Source of the DNA: Octopus sinensis
Taxonomy: Eukaryota
Assembly (NCBI RefSeq): GCF_006345805.1
Contig: NC_043001.1
Span: forward strand, 6,882,001-6,946,000
Reading direction: 5' to 3'
Length of the DNA: 64,000 nt
Below are positions 40,350 through 50,868 of the stretch, piece by piece (position 1 is the first letter of the stretch; the number at the start of each line of letters is the position of its first letter). Made by a program: the position numbers and the translations under genes. Below the pieces are notes generated by a model. That model did not search any database and was not told the origin of the DNA. It saw only the letters and a list, made by a program, of their open reading frames with translations.

Positions 40350-42176
40350 TATTTCATTAAATTTGCCACAAGGGCGGAACACAGAGGGAAGCTTGAGGGC
40401 TAGACAGAGACATTAATGGGATGAATGATGATGATATAATGATGATAAGGATGGGACGAGACGAAAAGCGCCCGCCGACTTTCGCTTCTCTAAAACATTG
40501 TTCTTTTTTTCTTTTTTTTTTAAATACAATGACGCAAAAAACCACTTACATAGTTCAACATTACAAATAAAACACAAACACGAGGTAATAATCCTTTCAC
40601 TTTTTACATTTTTAGTCTGTTTTTGAGGTAATACACCTCTTCAAACTTTTCCGCCTGGCCAGGCTTCTCGCTTCATCGAAGCACCTGGTCCGTTCCGAAC
40701 TTAAAGGTTTCAACATAAATCTGAAGGAGTCCTTCGGGAAGGAGTTCGTTATCTTCCATAGATCGTTCTCTCATATGACGTCCGCAGCCACCTGCGAAGG
40801 CCACTCAGGGTCTTCCCTGTAGGACAGAAGCCCCTCCCACCGGCACTTCTTTTCAATTTTTTTGTGGAAGAGGACCAGAAATTCCCTCCAGCAGCACACC
40901 TGCCAAAGGAGAATCGGGACACGCCGGCAGCGTGTCACAACCTACCGGCAATGTCCCATTTTTCTTTTTTCTTCTCCTTCCCTTGGGCTACGGGAGGGTG
41001 GTGCTCCCTTGCTGTACCCAGTAGGTCCTCCTTTTCTCCCGCAGCTCTCGGGTTCTTCGGTGAGCAAACCGTTGTTGCCCACCTTTCGCTTTCGTTTTTT
41101 CGAGGTGGTGGAAACGTCCTCGACATCCTCCTTCTTCTATCCCTCCATTGAGGGAGCAGGGAGTGGTTCCTCTGTTAACTGCTCCCGCATCCTATTTTGG
41201 TCCTTGGGGCAGTTTTTCTCGATGTGCTCGGTCTCCAGGCACAGGTGACACTCGCGGGGGGGTCGTCCCTCGTGCGTCACCGGATACCTAGATCCGGCCA
41301 TCCTCAAAAAATCTGGGAAAACCAGACTTTCGGCTGATTGGGTCCATAGGGTCAATACAGCTTCTGACCCCTCCCAATCAGCCGCAGGCAAAATTTTTAC
41401 GTTGAGCAGCTTGGTACTGCTCCCACCCAGACCCCGGCGGATAGAGTCCTCTATCCACTCGGGCTCAACTCCGGGTGGCAAACCGCAGATCCAAGCTTCA
41501 ATAATTTCTGTCCAACAGCAGCTTGGAAGAAACATTATTTCCTTCCCCTCGAGGGGCCGGCTTGCAAAATCGCAAGCTTCTTTGGGGGAGTCAAATAGCA
41601 ACCAGACCGTTGCAAATTTGACTCCCCGTGAAATAAATTTAACAGCTGGCATGTATTCTGCCAGCTCTTTCAAAATTGTGGCTTTCGGGAAGACGGTTGT
41701 GGTATCAAGTGACTTTGAATAAGTCCTCAACACCACCATATACCTTTCGAGTTCTTTTAGCCATGATTTGGGAGGTGCTAATTCCCACACTAATATTTCC
41801 TTTGCCATTTTTTAAAAATAAAATGTTCAAATATAGTTCGTCAATACGTTTTCAAATAAAGAAAGATACACAAAAAAAGAAAGAAGACACAACAGAAGGG
41901 AAGAAAACATAAAAATAACAGTTCAAATAAAGATCTTTTTTATTTTAAATAAATGATAGCTGTGAAAAGAGAGTTCAAATCCAGGCAAATAAAAAAATTT
42001 CATCCAAAATGTACTCCTGGCCAATTTTTTTAATCCATGTGGGCACAAACATTTTCAAATACAATTTCTCACAATTATGTGAGACAACACACACGTCTCC
42101 ACCGCAAGGCAGACAAAAAGCTTCGAAATCCAGTAAGGACTCCCTGCCTGTTCAAAAAAATAAAACCAACAGGCAA
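40350..42176 (-). mobile_element. Tx1/L1-like ORF1-only retroelement
   Basis: About 370-nt leader, degenerate ORF1 41808-40604, A-rich tract at about 40500-40522, short tail, flanked by 89-bp direct repeats; no endonuclease/RT motifs found by eye. Confidence 0.7.
40604..41808 (-). pseudogene. Gag-like ORF1 with CCHC zinc knuckle
   Basis: 223-aa open part ends EGRPPRECHLCLETEHIEKNC; in-frame stops at 41137-41139 and 40942-40944 plus a frameshift before ...KFEEVYYLKNRLKM*. Confidence 0.75.
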
Positions 42177-42285
42177 CGGGCCGAGGCTATTGTAGAAGAC
42201 ACTTGTCCTAGCTGCTAGGCAGTGGGACTGAATCGCGAACGATTTTGTCTGGAAGGCAGCTTCTTGCCACACAGCTACGCCTGTG
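42177..42285 (-). mobile_element. SINE family A, 5' part (split by insertion)
   Basis: Ends ccacacagctacgcctg, the family A head on the minus strand. Confidence 0.8.
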
Positions 42286-42434
42286 CCATCATATATGTAA
42301 AACAAATTAAAGCAGAGAACTAATGGTATTCATCCGTTGTTTTGTGTTAGACTTAATGTCCGGTACTTACTAACGTTTAAAATATTAAGTTTAAAAAATA
42401 ATAATAATGTGATTGGCATGTTTACAAATAAATG

Positions 42435-42770
42435 TGGTTACGTGTCGTGGCACTCCGTCAGTCACGACGGCGAGGGTTCCAGTTGATCTGATCAACGGAA
42501 CAGCCTGCTCATGAGATTAATGTGCAAGTATCTGGGCACTCTACAGACATGTGTATCCTTAACGTAGTTCTCGGTGAGACTCAGCGTTTCACAGAGTGTG
42601 AAAATGCTGACGCTTTTGAAATACAGGTACAAAAGAAACTGGAAGAAAAAAATGAAAGAAAGTTGTGGTGTTTCGCAGAAAGGCCGCCACCAACCCCTGC
42701 GCGGAGTTTCTAGGTGCCTCCGATAAATAATATCGCAAAACACCCGGTGTGGGAATCGAAACCGCGATAG
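42435..42770 (-). mobile_element. SINE family C lacking its A-box, fused to an RTE fragment
   Basis: Homology to 43529-43917 stops at the B-box. Confidence 0.75.
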
Positions 42771-43200
42771 GTGGCCCATGTCTCGCTTCCGTACAGCAGT
42801 ATGCTCAGTACGCATGCTCGGTAAACTCTCAGTTTAGTATTCTGAGTGAGACTGATGTTGTTCCATACCCGTTTGTTAAGCTTGGCCATTACTGCTGTTG
42901 CCTTGCTGATTCTGCTCGTAACCTCTGTGTTGATGGACACAGAGTTGGATATAGTGTACCCAAGATAGGTGAAGTTGTCGACCACTGCTAGGTTGTAGCC
43001 ATCTATGCAGATTGATGGGTTATGCTTTGCGACCTGCACCATGACGTCTGTCTTCTTCAGGCTGATACTTAGACCAAATTCTTTGCAGGCGTGGGACATA
43101 CAGCTCACAAGTTCTTAGAGCTCCGCTTCTGTGTGTGACATCAGTGCTGCGTCATCTGCGAAGAGCATCTCTCGAATGAGTACCTTAGCGACTTCTGACA
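42771..43200 (-). pseudogene. RTE-BovB-like reverse transcriptase fragment
   Basis: KVLIREMLFADDAAL, FGLSISLKKT, FTYLG, CVLSILLYGSETW. Confidence 0.9.
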
Positions 43201-43376
43201 TATTCTTAATTTAGTTTCAAATAAAATCCATCAATGAACCCCAACACATACGCATGCGAAAGGGAAATTTAAGATCCGCACTTGAAATTACTAGCAATGA
43301 TTGCTCAAACATCCATTGCGTGTCTGTGTTTAACGTTAACAACATCATTGCGACATAAAATCTTAAATGTGTTTAA

Positions 43377-44084
43377 CCCTTAAGAGTGGATGCTACTGTA
43401 GCATGTTTAAACCTTTTTGAGATCAGTATCTTTTCGTGACTGGAGAAAGAATATATGTACATATTTGCATTGGGAAACACTTCACATCTACAACCGCTGA
43501 TTGTCACACGCTGATCACGTGTCAATACCTTAAAGGAAGCACTCCGTCGGTTACGACGACGAGGGTTACGGTTGATTCGATCAACGGAATAGCCTGCTCG
43601 TGAAATTAACGTGTAAGTGGCTGAGCACTCCACAGACACGTGTACCCTAAACTTAATTCTCAGGATATTCAGCGTGACACAGAGAGTGACAAGGCCGGCC
43701 CTTTGAAATACAGGTACAACAGAAACAGGAAGTAAGAGTGAGAGAAAGTTGTGGTGAAAAAGTACAGCAGGGATCACCACCATCCCCTGCCGGAGCCTCG
43801 TGGAGCTTTAGGTGTTTTCGCTCAATAAACACTCACAACGACCGGTCTGGGAATCGAAACTGCGATCCTACGACCGCAAGTCCGCTGCCCTAACCACTGG
43901 GCCATTGCGCCTCCACTCGTGTCAATACACAGAAGTACGGGTACGTGTGTATCCCGTTAGATTGAAGACGGGAAGGATGTCTTCCCTTTGAAAATACTGA
44001 TAAGGCATAGAAAGTATGTTAATAGCCAGCTGGAGGAGGTGTCCTCCTGGGGCTACAATCTACAGTAGCATCCACTCTTAAGGG
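43377..44084. mobile_element. piggyBac-type MITE
   Basis: 25-bp perfect TIRs CCCTTAAGAGTGGATGCTACTGTAG at 43377-43401 and 44060-44084; flanks TTAA (left) and TTAG (right). Confidence 0.85.
43529..43917 (-). mobile_element. SINE family C, full length, nested in the MITE
   Basis: 11-bp target duplication cgtgtcaatac at 43518-43528 and 43918-43928; tRNA-like head at about 43845-43917. Confidence 0.9.
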
Positions 44085-45447
44085 TTAGCCACATTTAAAT
44101 GGAAAATGTACTTCACGATGTCGTGCAGCTACTGTTTATACCTCGCTCAGAGATTTATTATTGAATATATATATATATATATTTGATTAATATAGATACA
44201 CACACTCACGCGCACGCACACACACACACACATATGTTATATATAAATCTGAAAATTAAAGAAACAATATTTTTTTCGTAGAAAAGGCAAAGACGAGAAT
44301 CGTTAGTCATTTAGTCTGATTATATATAGTTTTTAAATAAACTTATAAAACCATTCTAATATAACAGCAGCCAAGTTGAAAAAAAAATGTCTGTTAAATA
44401 AACGCGAAGTGTATTAATGGAAAACTAATAGGGCGATATGCCGCATTCCTCTTAACCTATTTTCCCGTTTTCTTATATGTTGTTTAGAGTTTTATCAATC
44501 TTCTCTCTTCCTATACGTTTTATTTTGAAGACGCCGTTGTAATTTTAAAATTCCTTTTATTTTTTCGATTAGAAAAACGACTCAGCGTTGAGAAACAAAA
44601 TAGTTTCCAGAACAAATTTTTGACGGGTGTTTAATTTTCTTTCAATTTTCGCGATTTCTTTTCTATTTTTTTCTTTTTTTTTTTGTATAAACACGCAACA
44701 TATATTTACCACTCAGTATATTCACCTGCATACTAGTTTCCGCTACGTGCATCTTAATTGTCTTGCCCTTAAAACATGATTTTACGTCGTATTTTATTTT
44801 TACATTATGATTTGAAAAGTTTTCCTCCACCTATTCTTTTCCATTGTTTAAAAGTCTTGTAAGAAAAAAATATATTCTCTATTAGAAGTAAAAAAAGTCA
44901 ACCGTGGATGAAAGGAACGAAAAATATATACCATGAAGATAAAAAATAAAAGCATTGATGCATAAATTGAAGTGAGATTTTTTTAATGTATAAAGTGATA
45001 TAGGAACATCTTGAGTGTGGTGCAATAGTATTCTTTGTTATTGATAACCTTTAATTAAAAATGTAAGTAAATCTGTCAAAGTATTTGAGAACATCGTTTG
45101 TTTACTGTTCTGTTCGTTAGATTTAAAGAGAAAGTAACTAACACATTACATTCATAATCATGTATTAGTTTTATCTTTTATGCTTTGCTTCATTCAGTCA
45201 TTAGACTGCGACCATGCTGGGACGCTATCTTCGAAAATATTTGTCGAGCCTAGGATTTAGGAGGATATAAACGCACCAACACCACTTGACAGGCGGATAA
45301 GGGAGAAATAACAGACAAAAAGATACACACATACATGCACACACACGCACACACATACACGCACACACGCACGTATTTCAAAATATGTGGATCGTTGGCG
45401 ATATTTTCCCTTCGTCTTTATTTCCTTCTGGACTTCTTCTGTCTCCC

Positions 45448-45482
45448 GTATCTGAAGAAGAGCTTTGCTCGAAACGTAAAAC
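45448..45482 (+). ncRNA. Minimal type I hammerhead ribozyme motif
   Basis: gtat-CTGAAGA-a-GAGC-ttt-GCTC-GAAACGTA-aaac: intact core, 4-bp stem II, palindromic ACGT stem III, stem I with one mismatch. Confidence 0.6.
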
Positions 45483-45589
45483 TATCTTTCGTTCCTTCCC
45501 CGAGCGTCTGCTAATGCATTGCATGTCCCATGTCCTTGCGTTGTAGTTTCTATTCTTATGTTAGTTCTTCATTTTGGGGGATTTACTAT

Positions 45590-45620
<31 letters not shown>

Positions 45621-45738
45621 TGTTATATTTCGGAATGGTCATATTGCCAGTGTAGCCAATTAAAACACACGCACTATATATTTGGTGTTATTTTGCTTCA
45701 GTGTTATTTATTTTTTATATTAATTTTAATCTTATTTC

Positions 45739-45783
45739 GGCCAGAGTTCTTTCGTCACACTCCTGCGACCGCATCAGTGGTCC
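45739..45783 (-). ncRNA. Hammerhead-like motif with A9 substitution
   Basis: Minus strand GGACCA-CTGATGC-g-GTCGC-aggagt-GTGAC-GAAAGAACTC-TGGCC. Confidence 0.4.
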
Positions 45784-46134
45784 TTTGTTTTCTTCTTTCT
45801 TGTTTGTGTCTCTCCTTACTAACCGTCAGCCATTTTGTATTTCTAGTGTATGTCTTCATTTGCGCATGCTTATATCTATATGCGTGTCTATGTTTATTTC
45901 GTGTGTGTATGTGGGGGGATGCCTGTAATATTTGTATCTTCTGTTTATATACGTTCATGTAATTTGTATTTTGCTTTTGTTGTTTTTGTTTATTCTTATT
46001 TTATTCCTGTGTTTACATCCACTTATTATTATCATTACACATTCTTGTATGTATGTATAACAACAATACTAGTAATAATAATAATAAATCGAATCGAAAA
46101 AAAAAAAATATATATATCTTTACAACGAGCTCGT

Positions 46135-46199
<65 letters not shown>

Positions 46200-46794
46200 T
46201 ATATATATATACACAACGTGCTTCTTTCAATTTCCGTTCTGAACTCACAAGGTTTTGATCGGCTCGCGGCCAAAATAGAAGACAATTGTCGAGGGTATCA
46301 GTGAATGAGATAGAAACAATAAGCGTGCGCTTTGCAAAGCGAAAATCTTTCCGCCCTGCGGCGAAACTTCAAATTTTGCTTTTAACGACAAGTAAAAATA
46401 CAAACTGAAAGTATATCACTAAAACACCAACCGAAAGTAGTACTAGTCAAATCATACATACGCATTTAAATTTGGCAGGAGAAATTGATGCCTTTTGTGC
46501 TAATTCATATCTACGCTGTGAAGTTTTCTTTCTCTCTCTCTATGTTTGTCTCTCTTCCTAAGCCTACAACGTCCGTTTATAATAGAGAAACAGAACACAA
46601 ACAGAAAACGATCCTCGAATTTCCTCTCGTGTGTAGTAACGTGGCTCGGCCTCACCGTGGTCATCTGGCGAAAGCTTTCTTTCCCAAGTACGATATTCGG
46701 TTTTTAGTACACCTCATGTCACATCGGGTTCTCCCCTTCTTGTTTTCAGCCGCTTCTTGTGTTAGTACCTCGTTTCTCTTTTGTAATTACTATA

Positions 46795-46851
<57 letters not shown>

Positions 46852-46852
<1 letters not shown>

Positions 46853-47809
46853 TTAATAAAATAGAACATATGCATATATATAAACATATATGTACGTACC
46901 TACCTCTACATGTACATATACACGCATATATGTGTACAGGACACCAAAAAGACGTCGAACACATAGAGAGACGAAAAACATAGACACAAACCAAGGAACA
47001 GGACAAGCAAAAAAAAGGGATACAGGACATAAGCACAACGAAAATCCCCTTCTTCAGTCGCTAAGGTTTCATCTACTCTACGTTCGAAGGATAAAAGCGA
47101 GACGTATCTTCGAAGAAACTTCCTTCCTGCGAAAAGCAAATCATTAAAATTCTGAGATCTTTTCGCAGAGGGGAAAAAATGGTAAAAAAAAAAGCAAGAC
47201 GGTAACGACAGTACAAACATATAAACAGTAAAAAATATATATAAACAGTGGAAAAATAAATATATAACAGTGAGAGACAGGACAAGGAGAACAAGATAAG
47301 AAGACTGTTTACGCCAGACGAAAAAAGTTTTGCAAACGCTGGATTATAGTGGACGACGAGAGAGAAGGATGTCGACCAGTAGCCTTAGAAGGCGGGCGAG
47401 AAAAGACAGGATAGCAGTTACGACGGAAGTATCGTCGCAGATGGACGACGGGAATGGGGGAGGAGGAGCAAGAGGAAGAGAGAGAAGAAGGGGAATGGTG
47501 CGAGGAGACCATGAAGAATGGTGAGGGGGAGAGAGAGAATGAAGAATGAGAGAGAGAGGAAGAGACAAGTTAAGTGAGGGAAAAAAGACGAAAAGGAATG
47601 GGATAGAAAGAAGAAAGATGCAAAGTCGCGTGAGAGTTAATATCAAGGCTAACTTGATAACAGAACAATCTTACTTAATAGGGTGCGTGCGTTTAGTCGT
47701 AAAATATGTTAATAAAATAGAACATATGCATATATATAAACATATATGTACGTACCTACCTCTACATGTACATATACACGCATATATGTGTACAGGACAC
47801 CAAAAAGAC
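46852..47809. repeat. Perfect 102-bp direct repeat pair (46852-46953, 47708-47809)
   Basis: Base-by-base identical by eye; outer flanks are (TA)n. Confidence 0.9.
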
Positions 47810-47848
47810 ATATAATATATATATATATACTATAGACACACACACACT

Positions 47849-47882
<34 letters not shown>

Positions 47883-48040
47883 ATATATATATATATACAT
47901 ATATATATGAGAAAGAGAAAGAGAGAGAGAGAGAGATAGAGAGAATGAGGCTTTACTATAGCGCCGTATATTATAGACTGCTATTTCCGGTAAATATTAC
48001 TAGTGCATATTTCTACCACTATCCTATATTTATATCACAT

Positions 48041-48129
<89 letters not shown>

Positions 48130-48297
48130 CATTATATATAGTGGGAGTAGGATATGTAGATATTTGACCCCAGGCAACGCCTGATAGCCTCAGTATAATT
48201 ACTGAATCCTATAGAATGGAAATTATAATATGCACAATTATTATTAAGTAGAAATTCGAATAAGATCGGCTTAGGTAAAAAATACAACGATTGTTGT

Positions 48298-48335
<38 letters not shown>

Positions 48336-48899
48336 ATCTTTTATTCATCTTTTTCAGGTATTCGACTACAGCCATGCTGGTGCTTCGCCTTTACTCGAAC
48401 ATATCGAACTGGTGTTTGCTTTCGCCCCCTCTAACACACCGGTTTGGCAATTGGACACCCACGGAATACCGACTAAAAATTCTTCAAGGCGATGCCCACC
48501 ATTGCTGCAGTTTCATGACTCATACAATGAAATGAGACCAAGCAGCATCTCTATATAGAGTTAAAGTTAAATGTAGAATTTGATTATTCCTGATGTAACA
48601 CCAACATCGTTCATTTCAGAGATACTTAGGTTCGATTAATAAATAATGATTTGAATGCTTTGGTGTGCATAATAATTTTTATTTCCTGACTCGTGCCGTT
48701 TTTCTCCCTTCTGCATCTCCTCCATCTATTTTATTGAGTATTCATTTTATTCAATATATCAATGATGTTTATTTGGGCGAATATTTCTGTGAACTAAATT
48801 TCTTTTAGTTGCGAACACCGTTATCAACAAAAAAAATGACTTGCCTTCAAAATTCAATCTTTGAGAGGATATGGTTTAATATAATGGACAGAATATTTT

Positions 48900-49420
48900 A
48901 TAAACACTACACTGATAACTTACTCGATTCTTTGTCCAACGTGTTCACAATACTCCGTGTTTAGCTCTAATTTACACATGCTAAACCACAAGTTTCCACG
49001 TCCTTTACCTGTGCACATATTGCATTCTGATGTACGCTTACAATAACGTTTATAGTTAGTATCGAACTCTGGACTTCATGCAACACGAGAACCATATGTT
49101 CATTGTAGTCCTGCACGCCCATATATCGTTGTTTATCACATACCGATCCAAGAATCAGCAACCGGAGAGATTTTCTGAAGAGAATCCTGTATATTGCTTA
49201 GTCTGACACCTGGCGTCCTCCAGGTTTTCATCGAACATATATCACAAAATGAGACCAATATCGGCCGCCGTATTGGCGAGAGCTACCTGTAATCTCCATT
49301 CATAGCATATTTCCTAAACAGTTGTTGTTCACAGGCGCCGGAGACAGGTTGCTCTTTTTCCTTATTCCTTCTTCTATAAAAATGCAGAAGAGGAGTAACA
49401 CACGAATCATTATGCAACTA
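48900..49420 (-). pseudogene. Possible ancient RTE-like RT relic
   Basis: GSVCDKQRYMGVQDY...LHEVQSS loosely resembles YDSVxRxxLWxxLxEYG...AVQSLY. Confidence 0.3.
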
Positions 49421-49982
49421 TCCTGCGGTTTTCTCTTTTAAGACATCAGCCTCCTTTTGGAAATTTGTTTTTGACTGAAAAACATCACAAAAGATTCCTT
49501 TGTCGTTGCCTGTGTTACATTATCTTTCGTATACAGAATCTTTGTATTTACGCTGTAAATAATATGTTCCTCTCTGTATTCTTGTTTATCTACTGAAGTG
49601 TAAAACTCTGTTTTTCTTTGTAATTGCATGTGTTTGTGTAAATATAGAAATGTTTTATTTACGTGAATTTGTTATGGCTTACATAATGTTTTTTAACTTG
49701 AAAAGTTTTAAGTTGATTTTATTTTCTAAAACATTTGGGAGTCTGATAGTTGCTTGTTTTCTGTGTGTTTTTTCCTTTTGTTAACTCTCGCTCTACTGTA
49801 GATGAAGTTGATAACGTCCTTCAACATTTTTTCAAGAAAAACATCAATTTTCAAAATTTAATAAACTTTTAAGTGATAAAATTTGTATTTCCATTTAAAG
49901 GTAACAGGACAAGCATCCAAAACTGCCATTCTCACTCACAATTACATACATCAAATCCATAATATATTCCTTGAAAGAAAGA

Positions 49983-50014
<32 letters not shown>

Positions 50015-50084
50015 TAATAATAATAATGCAAACAATAATAATTCTTTGTACTAAAGGCACAAGGCCTTAGAGTTGGGGGTTGTA

Positions 50085-50320
50085 TGAGGAAAGTCATGGT
50101 GATACCGGTCGTAATTAGAGCATTAGGAGCAGTTTCCAAGGGCCTTCAAAAACATATTAAGAATATTGACGCTGCTGTCTCGCTCGAGGTGATGCTGTTG
50201 GGTATAGCTCGCATTCTAAGGAGACTATTGTTTCTTTGAGTCACATTAGAAGGCACAACTTGACACCTTTGATGACTTGTCATTGCCGGCTTTCAATTAA
50301 AGATTAACCGGTAATTAAGA
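50085..50320 (+). mobile_element. R4/Dong 3' fragment
   Basis: KVMVIPVVIRALGAVSKGLQKH...LLGIARILRRLL, the REL C-terminus; AAT/AAC repeats nearby on both sides. Confidence 0.7.
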
Positions 50321-50379
50321 ACTATCCGAAATTCTTTCGGAATAACAACAATAATAATGATGACGTTTCCGATTTTTGC

Positions 50380-50735
50380 CAAGAGGACAGCCATTTTGGT
50401 CATACTCAACTGGTATGAATTTTATCGTTCCCGAAATTATGAAAGGCAAATTCGACCACGACGGAATTTGAATTCAGAACGTAACAGCAGACGAAATACC
50501 TATTTCTTTACTACCCACAAGGGGCTAAACACAGAGAGGAAAAACAAGGTCAAACAAACGGATTAATTTCATGATATCGACCCCAGTGCGTAAGCGGTAC
50601 TTATTTAATCGACCCCGAAACGATGAAAGGCAAAGTTGACCTCGAAGGAATTTGAACTCAGAACGTATAGACAGACGAAATACCGCTAAGCATTTTGCCC
50701 GTTGAGATACCGATTCTGCCAGCACGCCGCCTTAA
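50380..50735 (-). mobile_element. SINE family B, dimeric arrangement
   Basis: Same head-body-tail1-body layout as 12815-13210. Confidence 0.8.
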
Positions 50736-50769
50736 TAATTATAATAATTCTTTCTAATATAGGCACAAT

Positions 50770-50868
50770 GCTTGAAATTTGGGGGAGGGGTATAGTCGAT
50801 TACATTGACGTCAGTTCGTAACTGGTACTTATGTTATCGACCCCGAAAGGATGGAAGGCAAAGTCGGC
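50770..50868 (-). mobile_element. SINE family B 3' part fused to Tx1 fragment
   Basis: gactttgccttccatcctttcggggtcgataac on minus strand directly after Tx1 sequence. Confidence 0.7.

Noticed and set aside
47044-47075. GAAAC...CTGAAGA on the minus strand as a permuted hammerhead
   Set aside because: No NUH triplet or stem III pairing between the two motifs
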